64,000 nucleotides of DNA from Alphaproteobacteria bacterium (GTDB lineage Bacteria; Pseudomonadota; Alphaproteobacteria; UBA2966): positions 558,378-622,377 of the forward strand of contig OZ219858.1 of the NCBI GenBank assembly GCA_964291395.2, in the 5' to 3' direction. A program made the translations under genes and the position numbers. Below the pieces are notes generated by a model that saw only the letters and a list, made by a program, of their open reading frames with translations, was not told the origin of the DNA and made no database searches. Of the stretch, positions 9,347 through 18,404 are shown in pieces. Numbering within the stretch: the stretch's first letter is position 1; each line of letters starts with the position of its first letter.

Positions 9347-10234
9347 CTACTTCTCCTGGCTCTTCGACACCGGGTCGCCGAGCGGGATCTCCATGAGATC
9401 CTCGCCGTAATAGAGATTCCCTTCGTAGATCGCGCCGATCTCCCGCAGCACCTTCTCACGGACCCCCGGCTTGTCGATCTGCGGCAGCACGTGGGTGACC
9501 ACGAGGCTCTTGGCCTTCGCCTCCTTGGCCATGCGGGCGATCTCGAGGTGGCCGGCGGAGCCGCGGGCATATTCCCTCGACCGCTCGGTGCCGCTGTAAT
9601 ACGGGCACATGTAGACCAGCACATCGGCATTCCGGGCAAGCTTGACCATCGCTTTGCACGGCCCGCAATCGCCTGAATAGGCGAACACCCCCTCCGCGGT
9701 CTCCATCCGGAAACCATAGGAGATCAGATAGGGCTGAACGTGCGGCACCGACCGTGCCGTGACCCTCCAGCCATCGCCCGTGATGGTCTGGCCGGAGCGG
9801 ATTTCCGTGACCACGGGCCTGGGCTTTTTGCGGACGCCCGTCCCGCCCCGGGACTGGTAGACGTCGATCGAGCCCTGGTGCCTGGTCCGTGCCTCGAGGT
9901 CGGGTCCGAAGACGCCGTTCTTGCCGATGAGCGCCCGGGTCATCCGCTTGGTGTGGGGCGGACCGTAGACCACGAGTTCCGGGATCTTCCCGGCTCCCTG
10001 GTCCCAACGCGTGAGCAGCAGGCGGGCGTAGTCGAGACAATGGTCGTAGTGCAGATGGCTGAAGAAGACGTGGGTGATGTCGACGGCCCGCTTGCCCGCT
10101 TCCATCATGCGGTGATAGGTGCCGGGCCCCTGGTCGAACAGAATGATGTCGTCGCCCACCTCCACCATGTAGCCGGAGCTCGCCCGGTGAAGCTGCGGCT
10201 TGGGCACGCCGGTGCCCAGCAGGGTGATCTTCAT
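9347..10234 (-). CDS. MBL-fold metallo-hydrolase, paralog 1
   Basis: 295 aa: MKITLLGTGVPKP...FFSHLHYDHCLDY (HxHxDH zinc motif). It is closely similar along its full length to the next gene. Confidence 0.85.
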   Translation of the reverse strand: MKITLLGTGVPKPQLHRASSGYMVEVGDDIILFDQGPGTYHRMMEAGKRAVDITHVFFSHLHYDHCLDYARLLLTRWDQGAGKIPELVVYGPPHTKRMTRALIGKNGVFGPDLEARTRHQGSIDVYQSRGGTGVRKKPRPVVTEIRSGQTITGDGWRVTARSVPHVQPYLISYGFRMETAEGVFAYSGDCGPCKAMVKLARNADVLVYMCPYYSGTERSREYARGSAGHLEIARMAKEAKAKSLVVTHVLPQIDKPGVREKVLREIGAIYEGNLYYGEDLMEIPLGDPVSKSQEK

Positions 10235-10244
10235 GGGGCGCTTC

Positions 10245-11132
10245 CTAACGTTCCCGGTCCGTTGCCATCGGCGCCTCGAGCGGGATTTCCATGAGGTCCT
10301 CGCCGAAGAAGAGATTCCCCTTGTAGACCTTGCCCATGTCGCGCAGCACCTTCTCGCGCAGGCCGGGCTCGTCCATCTGCTTCAGTACATGGCTGACGAC
10401 GAGGTTTTTCACGCCGGCGGCCTGTCCGACCTCCGCGACCTCCATGTGGCCGGCCACGCCCTTGGCGAAGGCCTTGCTGGGCTCCGTACCCGACAGATAA
10501 TGGGTCATGTAGACCATGACGTCCGCGCCCTTCGCGAGTTTCTTCATGGCGTTGCAAGGGCCGCAGTCGCCCGAGTACACGAACGAGCCGTCGTCGGTGT
10601 CGAGGCGGAAGCCGTAGGAGATCAGATACGGCTGCACGTGCGGCACCGAGGTCGCGCGCACGGCCCAGCCGTTTCCCCTTATCACCTGACCGCTGCGGAT
10701 CTCCGTGACCTCCGGATTGGGCTTCTTGCGCTTTCCCTTGCCGCCGCGCGACTCGTAGACGTCGATCGAGACCTGATGCTTGGTGCGGGCTTCGAGATCG
10801 GGGCCGAACACGCCGTTCTTGCCGATGATCGCCCGGGTCATGCGCTTCGTGTGCGGCGGGCCGTAGACCTTGAGCTCGGGAATCGTTCCCGCGCCCTGAT
10901 CCCAGTGGGTCATCAGCAGGCGCATGTAGTCGAGGCAGTGGTCATAGTGGAGGTGGCTGAAGAACACGTGGGTCACGTCGACCGCGCGTTTGCCCGCCTC
11001 CATCATGCGGTGATAGGCCCCGGGTCCGTGGTCGAAGAGAATGACGTCGTCGCCGACCTCGACCATGTAGCCGGAGCTCATGCGCTTGAGCGATGGCGCG
11101 GGCGTCCCCGTGCCGAGCAGTGTTATCTTCAT
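10245..11132 (-). CDS. MBL-fold metallo-hydrolase, paralog 2
   Basis: The track ORF extends to 11366. The internal ATG at 11130-11132 (RBS GGGAG) gives a 295-aa protein, MKITLLGTGTPAP...FFSHLHYDHCLDY, collinear with paralog 1. Confidence 0.85.
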   Translation of the reverse strand: MKITLLGTGTPAPSLKRMSSGYMVEVGDDVILFDHGPGAYHRMMEAGKRAVDVTHVFFSHLHYDHCLDYMRLLMTHWDQGAGTIPELKVYGPPHTKRMTRAIIGKNGVFGPDLEARTKHQVSIDVYESRGGKGKRKKPNPEVTEIRSGQVIRGNGWAVRATSVPHVQPYLISYGFRLDTDDGSFVYSGDCGPCNAMKKLAKGADVMVYMTHYLSGTEPSKAFAKGVAGHMEVAEVGQAAGVKNLVVSHVLKQMDEPGLREKVLRDMGKVYKGNLFFGEDLMEIPLEAPMATDRER

Positions 11133-11427
11133 CTCCCGTTTCCCTCCCGACGCGAAGCGGTCCGATTTACGTCCACTATCCAAAGCCGGACGCAGGAACG
11201 CAAGGTTTCGCCGCCGCGCGTGCCGCACGGGAGAGGTGCGGGGAAGATCAGGTTCGGACATGGATGAGACGCGGCGCTCGAAGGAGGACTCCAGTTCCCC
11301 CCTGTCAAGGGGGAATGAGACCGTCACGGGCCGACCGGTGCCCGGCTCGAGAGACCCCCGCCTCATACGTCCTGAACCGGGACGCCCGGTTGACCGTCAC
11401 GGGTGCCGCCGCCACGATGCCGCACCC

Positions 11428-12590
11428 ATGACCGGAACCGCCGTTCCCATCCGCCAGACCATCGCCGACATTCCGACCTCGGCCATTCGCCGGATCGCCA
11501 CCATCGGGATGCAGATGGATGACGTCATCCCGCTCTGGTTCGGCGAACCCGATGCGCCGACACCGGACTTCATCGCCGAGGCCGGCGCGAGAGCCCTGCG
11601 GGAAGGCAGGACCCGGTACACCCTCAACCGGGGCATCCCGGAACTGCGCGCCGCCCTCGCCGCGTACATGGAGGCCTCTACGGCAAGACGGTCGATGTCG
11701 AGCGCGTCACCGTGACGGCGTCGGCCATGAACGCCATCGCCTTGATCATGCAGTGCCTCATCGATCCCGGGGACAACGCCGTGATGGTCGGGCCGCTGTG
11801 GCCGAACATTCCCGCGTGCGCCCGCATCATGGGCGGCGAGGTGCGGGAGATCGCCCTGACGCCCGGCGAGGAACGTTGGACCCTCGACCTGGACCGTCTG
11901 TTCGACGCCGCCGACGAGCGGACCCGGGGCGTGCTGGTGAATTCGCCGAGCAACCCGACGGGGTGGGTCATGTCGCGCGACGAGCAGAAAGCCGTCCTCG
12001 ACTTCTGCCGCAAGCGGGGGATCTGGGTCATCGCCGACGAGGTCTACGATCGGATCGTTTACGAAGGGACTTTCGCCCCGTCGTTCCTGGAGATCGCGCA
12101 ACCGGAGGATCTGGTCCTGCGCGTCAACTCGTTCTCGAAGTCCTGGGCCATGACGGGCTGGCGGCTCGGCTGGATCACCGCGCCGGCGGCGTTCGGACCC
12201 GTCATCGAGAAGATGACGGAATTCAATGTCGCCAATGCCCCGTCGGTGGCCCAGTACGCGGGCATCGCGGCGCTTGCCGAGGGCGAGCCCTTCATCCGCG
12301 ACACGGTCGGCCGCTATCGCGCCGCCCGCGATCTGACCTATCAGCGGCTGGGCTCGATGCCGCGCGTGCGCCTCTCCCTGCCGCGGGGTGCCTTCTATGC
12401 CTTCCTCGCGGTGGACGGCGTCACCGATTCGCTCGCCTTTGCGGAGGACATGCTGCGCCGGACTCGCGTCGGCCTGGCGCCGGGAATCGCCTTCGGGCCA
12501 CGAAGTGAAGGGTATCTCAGGCTATGTTTCGCGAGTGCTCTCGACACGTTGTCCGCGGGATTCGACAGGATCGAGCCGTTGATGTCGTGA
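11428..12590 (+). pseudogene. Class I/II (aspartate-type) PLP aminotransferase interrupted by a single frameshift near 11668-11678
   Basis: The N-terminal part (ATG 11428, MTGTAVPIRQTIADIPTSAIRRIATIGM...IPELRAALAAYME) stops at 11713-11715. The other frame continues LYGKTVDVERVTVTASAMNAIALIMQC...NSPSNPTG...NSFSKSWAMTGWRLGW to 12590. Together they make one normal-length aminotransferase. Confidence 0.8.
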
Positions 12591-12699
12591 GGCTTCCCGC
12601 CGGTTGTCGGCATCCGCGGTCGTGAAAGTCGGCAGGGCACGGCCATTCCGTGCCATGATGCAACTCTCGATAGTTTGCCAAGCGGCGGGGAGGACGGTC

Positions 12700-12996
12700 A
12701 TGGCTACCTACATCGTGTTGTCGAAGTTCACGCAACAGGGCGTTCAGAACATCAAGGATTCGCCCAAGCGGCTCGCCGCGGACAAACGGCTCGCCAAGAG
12801 CCTCGGCGGCCGGATCCGTTCGTTCTACATGACGATGGGGTCGTACGACGTGGTCGCCGTGCTCGAGTTGCCGGACGACGACGCGGCGGCGACGTTCGCG
12901 CTCCAGATGGGGCGGTCGGGGAACGCCAGCACCGAGACGCTCAAAGCGTTTCCCGAGGCCGACTACCGGAAGATCATCGGCAGCCTGCCGGAGTAG
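12700..12996 (+). CDS. GYD domain protein
   Basis: ATG at 12700 follows GGGGAGGA. MATYIVLSKFTQQGVQNIKDSPKRL...GSYDVVAVLELPDD matches the GYD family pattern, ~98 aa. Confidence 0.65.
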   Translation: MATYIVLSKFTQQGVQNIKDSPKRLAADKRLAKSLGGRIRSFYMTMGSYDVVAVLELPDDDAAATFALQMGRSGNASTETLKAFPEADYRKIIGSLPE

Positions 12997-13065
12997 CCGT
13001 CCGGATCTTCTCGCTCCTGAGGGAAATGCGGCGCCGGGGCGGCAAGGCGCCGCGTCCCGGATATC

Positions 13066-14268
13066 CTACCGGTGGGCGGCCAGCGGGAATTCCGCTTGTC
13101 CATCCTCTGCCGTGAGCGATGCGAGCGCGGCGGTGACGCCGCCGCTCCGATGAGGAACGCCGGCGGCGGAGAGGCCCATCTCGACGCCGGCCAGCGTGCC
13201 GGACAACATGAGCTCGTTGAGATCACCCAGGTGTCCGATCCGGAATACCTTGCGCGCGAGCCGGCCCAGGCCGTTGCCGAGTGACAGGTCATAGCGGTCC
13301 AGAACCCGGGCGCGGAACTCGTCCGCATCGTGGCCGCCCGGCATGACCACCGCGGTCACCGTGCTGCTGGCCCGGCGTTCATCGGCGCACTGAAGCTCGA
13401 GACCCCAGTGCGCGACCGCCGCGCGAGTGGCGGCGGCCAGACGCCGGTGCCGGTCGAACACGTTGTCGAGTCCCTCCTCGTCGAGCATGGCCAACGCCTC
13501 CCGCAGGCCGAACAGGAGGTTCGTCGCCGGGGTATACGGAAACGCGCCCCGCATGTTGTCGGCGATGATCGGCTTCCAATCCCAGTAGGAACGGGGCAAC
13601 CGGGCTTGCTCGGACGCCGCGAGGGCTTTCTCGCCGACGGCGTTGAACCCCAGTCCCGGGGGCAGCATCAGGCCCTTCTGGGATGCGCCGACCGTGACGT
13701 CGACCCCCCAGTCCTCGTGACGATAGTCCATGGAGGCAAGGGACGAGATGGTATCGACCATCAACAGCGCCGGATGGCGGACGTCGTCGATCGCGCGGCG
13801 GACGGCGGGGATGTCCGTTGTTGCGCCGGTGGACGTTTCATTGTGCAGAACCGCGACGGCCTTGATCGTGTGATCGGCGTCCTCGCCCAGACGCGCGCCG
13901 ATCGCCGCCGGGTCGGCACCGCCACGCCAGTCTCCCGGAAGAAACGTCACGTCGAGGCCGAGGCGTTCGGCAAGCGCACGCCAGGCCGATGCGAAATGGC
14001 CGGTTTCGAACATGAGCACGCGATCTCCGGGCGAAAGCACGTTCACCAGCGCCGCCTCCCAGGCGCCGGTTCCGGAGGACGGATAAACGATGACCGGAGC
14101 GGCGGTTCCAAAGATGCGCCTCAATCCGTCCAGCACCTCGCCGGCCAGCCGCGAAAATTCCGGTCCCCGGTGGTCGATGGTGGGTTGCGCGATGGCACGG
14201 AGGATCCGCTCCGGGACGTTGGTGGGCCCCGGGATCTGCAGGAAGTGTCGGCCGCCGCCGCGTGACAT
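13066..14268 (-). CDS. Class V PLP aminotransferase (serine--glyoxylate / alanine--glyoxylate aminotransferase type)
   Basis: 400 aa. HFLQIPGPTNVPERILRA...PSSGTGAWEAAL...ASQKGLMLPPGL (PLP lysine context) is typical of the SgaA/AGXT family. Confidence 0.85.
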   Translation of the reverse strand: MSRGGGRHFLQIPGPTNVPERILRAIAQPTIDHRGPEFSRLAGEVLDGLRRIFGTAAPVIVYPSSGTGAWEAALVNVLSPGDRVLMFETGHFASAWRALAERLGLDVTFLPGDWRGGADPAAIGARLGEDADHTIKAVAVLHNETSTGATTDIPAVRRAIDDVRHPALLMVDTISSLASMDYRHEDWGVDVTVGASQKGLMLPPGLGFNAVGEKALAASEQARLPRSYWDWKPIIADNMRGAFPYTPATNLLFGLREALAMLDEEGLDNVFDRHRRLAAATRAAVAHWGLELQCADERRASSTVTAVVMPGGHDADEFRARVLDRYDLSLGNGLGRLARKVFRIGHLGDLNELMLSGTLAGVEMGLSAAGVPHRSGGVTAALASLTAEDGQAEFPLAAHR

Positions 14269-14309
14269 GGCGGCCTATTGTGCACCCACCGGGCCGGAGT
14301 TGCGAAACA

Positions 14310-14329
14310 TTCCGTGACGTTCCGTGACG
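14310..14329. repeat. Perfect tandem 10-mer TTCCGTGACG x2 in a divergent promoter region
   Basis: Read directly: ttccgtgacg ttccgtgacg, 42 nt upstream of the class V aminotransferase start. Confidence 0.9.
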
Positions 14330-14408
14330 GTTCGACCCCGGCTTGCCCGCGCTTGCGCGAGCCCTGCGGCCGGCGGACTCCGACCGGCAAGTGATTTTTT
14401 TGGAGTTC

Positions 14409-14450
14409 GGGGGTGCCAGAAGCGAAATTTGGGGGTGCCAGAAGCGAAAT
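14409..14450. repeat. Two perfect 20-nt direct repeats (GGGGGTGCCAGAAGCGAAAT) separated by TT; candidate regulator-binding iteron
   Basis: Read directly at 14409-14428 and 14431-14450, between the divergent class V aminotransferase and TRAP dctP genes. Confidence 0.9.
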
Positions 14451-14592
14451 AAGGACATAGAGTCGGCGGCTCAGCCAGAGTAGTCCGTCATCCGCCCGAA
14501 TGGCGGTCCGGATGACGGCGTTCAACACGGCGCAATGTGCGTTCATCAGCCCCGGGGTCATCGCAGCCGGGTGCATGAGGGGAGGAGCAGAA

Positions 14593-15771
14593 ATGCTGAA
14601 GTTCAAAGGTCTCCGGAAAGAGAAGAAAACGGCCCCGCCCGAAAGCGCGGGTCGGGATCGTCGTCGCTTTCTGAAGGGCGGCGCCACGGCCGCCGCCGCC
14701 GCGGCGACCGCGGCCGTGGCGTTCCCGCAAGTCTCCAGGGCCCAGACGGTGACCCTGAAGATGCAGTCCTCGTGGGGCGCGACCAGCCCGTTCCAGGAAA
14801 TGGCCAAGCAGTACGTCGACCGCGTCGAGGCGATGGCCGGCGGGCGGCTTAAGATCGACCTGTTGCCGGCGGGCGCCGTCGTCAAGGCGTTCCAGGTGCA
14901 GGACGCCTGTCACAGCGGCGTGCTCGACGCCGCCCATACGGTGACGGCCTATTGGTACTCGAAGAACAAGGCCGCCTCGCTGTTCGGCACGGGCCCCGTG
15001 TTCGGCGCCAACGCCTCGCAGATAATGGCCTGGATTCACTTCGGCGGGGGCAAGGAGCTCCTGACCGAGCTGCAGCAGGACATCCTCAAGCTCGACATCC
15101 TCAGCTTCTTCGCCATGCCCATGCCGACGCAACCGCTGGGCTGGTTCAAGGAGCACATCAAGAGCGTCGATCAGCTCAAGGGCCTCAAGTACCGCACGGT
15201 GGGCCTCGCGACCGACATCATGCAGGGCATGGGCCTCAAGGTGACCCAGCTTCCGGGCGGCGAGATCATGCCGGCCCTGGAGAAGGGCGTGATCGAGGCG
15301 TTCGAGTTCAACAACCCGACGGCCGACAGCCGGTTCGGGGCGCAGGACGTCTCCAAGCACTACCACATGGGCAGCTACCACCAGGCGGCGGAGTTCTTCG
15401 AGATCATCTTCAGCAAGACGAAGTTCAACTCGCTGCCGAAGGAGCACCAGGCGATCCTCGAGTACGGCGCCGAGGCCGCGAACACGGCCAACTACGGCTG
15501 GGCCATGGACCAGTACTCCAAGGACCTCCAGTGGCTCATGGCCGATCCGCAGAACGTGAACGTCTACCGCACCGACCAGTCGATCATGGACGCCCAGCTC
15601 AAGTCCTGGGACAAGGTGCTCGAGAAGCTCATGGAGACGGATCCCTTCTTCAAGAAGGTGGTCGAGAGCCAGAGGGCGTGGTCGGAGCGAGTGGCGTTCT
15701 ACGATCTCGTGAACTCGGCCGATTACAAGCTGGCCTACGAGCACTACTTCCCGGGCAAGCTGCCCTTCTAG
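14593..15771 (+). CDS. dctP: TRAP transporter substrate-binding protein (DctP family) with a twin-arginine-type signal peptide
   Basis: ATG at 14593 follows GGAGGAG. The signal is RDRRRFLKGGATAAAAAATAAVAFPQVSRAQ. It is followed by the small and large TRAP permease genes. Confidence 0.85.
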   Translation: MLKFKGLRKEKKTAPPESAGRDRRRFLKGGATAAAAAATAAVAFPQVSRAQTVTLKMQSSWGATSPFQEMAKQYVDRVEAMAGGRLKIDLLPAGAVVKAFQVQDACHSGVLDAAHTVTAYWYSKNKAASLFGTGPVFGANASQIMAWIHFGGGKELLTELQQDILKLDILSFFAMPMPTQPLGWFKEHIKSVDQLKGLKYRTVGLATDIMQGMGLKVTQLPGGEIMPALEKGVIEAFEFNNPTADSRFGAQDVSKHYHMGSYHQAAEFFEIIFSKTKFNSLPKEHQAILEYGAEAANTANYGWAMDQYSKDLQWLMADPQNVNVYRTDQSIMDAQLKSWDKVLEKLMETDPFFKKVVESQRAWSERVAFYDLVNSADYKLAYEHYFPGKLPF

Positions 15772-15930
15772 CGCGGCGGCCGGGAAAGATTTGCGATAGG
15801 CGCGGGGCGGCGTCCGTACGGCGCCGCCCCGTTCGCGTCCGGCCGTGATCCGCGGCAGGCGCGCGCGCTCCGGATCTCGCGGCGACTCGGAGCAAGAGAG
15901 CACGGGAGCAGGCGTCTCCAGTACTTCGGC

Positions 15931-16539
15931 ATGGACCGGTTCATCTTCTTCGTAGACAGCTTCACCGCCTGGGTCGGCAAGGCCTTCGCCTGGTGCATCC
16001 TCATCCTGACGTTCGGCGTCGCCTACGAAGTCTTCGTGCGTTACGCGCTGCGCGACCCGACGTCATGGGCCTTCGACCTCAGCTACATGATGTACGGGAC
16101 CCTGTTCATGATCGGCGGCGCCTACACCCTGGCGCGTGACGGTCACGTGCGGGGCGACGTTCTGTTCCGGCTGTGGAAACCGAAGGTGCAGGCAACCATC
16201 GAGCTCTCCCTTTATTTCCTGTTCTTCTTCCCGGGAATCCTCGCGTTCATCATCGCCGGCGCCGATTACGCGGGCGAGTCCTGGTCCTACAACTACGGAC
16301 GGGGCGAGGTCAGCATCAACAGCCCGGCCAACGTGCCGATCTCGCAGTTCAAGACCATCATTCCCGTCGCCGGCTCGCTGCTGCTCCTGCAGGGCGTCGC
16401 GCAGGTGTTCCGCTGCATCATCTGCCTGCGCACGGGGGCGTGGCCGGCCCACCTCGAGGACGTCGAGGAACTGGAGAAGGTGCTCCAGGAGCAGCACGAA
16501 GAGGGGCTGCTGGACGCGTCCGAGGGAGCCGCCCGATGA
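15931..16539 (+). CDS. dctQ: TRAP transporter small permease (DctQ)
   Basis: 202-aa hydrophobic protein between dctP and dctM. Its stop overlaps the dctM start (ATGA at 16536). Confidence 0.8.
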   Translation: MDRFIFFVDSFTAWVGKAFAWCILILTFGVAYEVFVRYALRDPTSWAFDLSYMMYGTLFMIGGAYTLARDGHVRGDVLFRLWKPKVQATIELSLYFLFFFPGILAFIIAGADYAGESWSYNYGRGEVSINSPANVPISQFKTIIPVAGSLLLLQGVAQVFRCIICLRTGAWPAHLEDVEELEKVLQEQHEEGLLDASEGAAR

Positions 16540-18377
16540 GCAATCCGGAAGTCGCGGTGCTCATGCTGGGCATCTTCATCCTGACCATCATGTTGGGATT
16601 CCCGATCTGCTTCACCCTGATGGCGATGGGCATCTTCTTCGGCTACTACGCCTATTACGAGCCGGAGCGGATGCAGACCATCTTCGACAACCGGGTCTTC
16701 GATCTGCTCGTCAATCAGACCTACTCGGTCATGGCCAACGACGTGCTCGTGGCCGTGCCCCTGTTCCTGTTCATGGGCTACATCGTCGAGCGGGCGAACC
16801 TCGTCGACCGATTGTTCTTCACCCTGCAGATCGCCGCCCGGCACATGCCGGGCTCCATGGCGATCGCGGCGCTCATCACCTGCACGCTGTTCGCGACGGC
16901 TTCGGGCATCATCGGCGCGGTCGTGACGCTGATGGGTCTGCTGGCCTTCCCCGCCATGCTGAAGGCCCGGTACGACACCGGCTTCTCCTCCGGGGTGATC
17001 TGCGCGGGCGGCTGCCTCGGCATCCTCATCCCGCCGTCGATCATGCTGATCGTCTACGCGGCAGCCGCCAGCATGTCGGTGGTGCGGCTCTATGCGGGCG
17101 CCATCCTGCCGGGCCTGCTGCTGGCCGGGCTCTACATCCTCTACGTCTCGGGCCGGGCCATGCTGAACCCGAAGATCGCCCCCCCGCCGCGCCAGGAAGA
17201 CGTCGAAGCCATGCGGACCGGAAACGTCGTCATCATGATGATGACGTCGTTCTTTCCGCTGGCCTTTCTCATCCTCTCGGTGCTCGGCGCCATCCTGTTC
17301 GGATTGGCGACGCCGACCGAGGCCGCCTCCATGGGGGCGGCCGGCGGGATCGTTCTGGCGGCCGGGTATCGCATCGGCGAGATTCGCACGGGAAAGACCA
17401 AGCCGGAATGGGTGAACGAGGACGACAGCCTGCGGCCCTACAACCCGTGGCACTACGCCCTCGGGGCCGGCGGGGTTCTGACCGTCATCCTGTACGTCGC
17501 CTATTTCCTGATCCGGATCCTGGCCAATTGGATCGCCGATGTGCCGCTGCCCACCGAGCGGACGCTGCCCTTCGCTCCCGGTGTCGCCGTCGGTATCGCG
17601 CTTGCAGTCGCCGCGGCCGTTCACTACGGCGGCGAGCGTTGGCCCGTGGTCTCGCACCTGCAACCCCGAAGCCCGGCGCTGAAGCCCCTCTACGCCTATG
17701 GCGGGCAGGGCGCCCTGTTCGGGCTCGCGCTCGGCGCGGTCTACCTGTTGATGTTCCCGGTCCTGGGGCTGGGCGAGACTTTCGCCGAGCACGAGTACAG
17801 CAACTGGGCCTTCGACGTCGGCTTCTTCACGGCTCTGCTCGGCTACATGGGCTGGCACGGTATCGACAAGGGGGCACTCAAGGAATCCGTCTATCTGACG
17901 GTCCGCACGTCGGCCATGGTGTGCTGGCTGTTCGTGGGTTCCTGGACCTTCTCCTCGGTGTTCTCGTACCTCGGCGGACACGCCCTGATCGAGGAATTCG
18001 TGCTCGGGATGAACCTCTCCCCGATTACCTTCCTGATCCTCGCCCAGATCATCATTTTCCTGCTCGGCTGGCCGCTCGAGTGGTCGGAGATCATCATCAT
18101 CTTCGTTCCGATCTTCCTGCCCTTGCTGCCTCACTTCGGCATTGATCCGCTGTTCTTCGGCATCCTGGTGGCGCTCAACCTGCAGACGTCGTTCCTGACG
18201 CCGCCCATGGCGATGGCGGCGTACTACCTCAAGGGGGTGGCGCCACCGCATGTTCAGCTGATCCAGATCTTCAAGGGCTGCATGCCGTTCCTGTCGATGG
18301 TCTTCCTGGCGATGATCATTCTCTACGTGTTCCCGGAGATCGCCCTGTGGCTGCCCAAGATCGTCTATGGAAGGTAA
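16536..18377 (+). CDS. dctM: TRAP transporter large permease (DctM) with a ~165-aa internal insertion
   Basis: In-frame ATG at 16536 (MSNPEVAVLMLGIFILTIMLGFP). The upstream part of track ORF 16173.. is R-rich and overlaps dctQ. The product is 613 aa against roughly 430 for a typical DctM. Confidence 0.85.
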   Translation: MSNPEVAVLMLGIFILTIMLGFPICFTLMAMGIFFGYYAYYEPERMQTIFDNRVFDLLVNQTYSVMANDVLVAVPLFLFMGYIVERANLVDRLFFTLQIAARHMPGSMAIAALITCTLFATASGIIGAVVTLMGLLAFPAMLKARYDTGFSSGVICAGGCLGILIPPSIMLIVYAAAASMSVVRLYAGAILPGLLLAGLYILYVSGRAMLNPKIAPPPRQEDVEAMRTGNVVIMMMTSFFPLAFLILSVLGAILFGLATPTEAASMGAAGGIVLAAGYRIGEIRTGKTKPEWVNEDDSLRPYNPWHYALGAGGVLTVILYVAYFLIRILANWIADVPLPTERTLPFAPGVAVGIALAVAAAVHYGGERWPVVSHLQPRSPALKPLYAYGGQGALFGLALGAVYLLMFPVLGLGETFAEHEYSNWAFDVGFFTALLGYMGWHGIDKGALKESVYLTVRTSAMVCWLFVGSWTFSSVFSYLGGHALIEEFVLGMNLSPITFLILAQIIIFLLGWPLEWSEIIIIFVPIFLPLLPHFGIDPLFFGILVALNLQTSFLTPPMAMAAYYLKGVAPPHVQLIQIFKGCMPFLSMVFLAMIILYVFPEIALWLPKIVYGR

Positions 18378-18404
18378 TCGGCGGACCTCGGGATCTATGC
18401 TGAC

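Noticed and set aside
14409-14450. Possible sigma-54 promoters, because the reverse strand of each 20-mer repeat contains TGGCAC
   Set aside because: The -12 element is missing at the required spacing. The sequences read TGGCACCCCCAAATT and TGGCACCCCCGAACT, with no GC dinucleotide at the right position. I kept them only as direct repeats.
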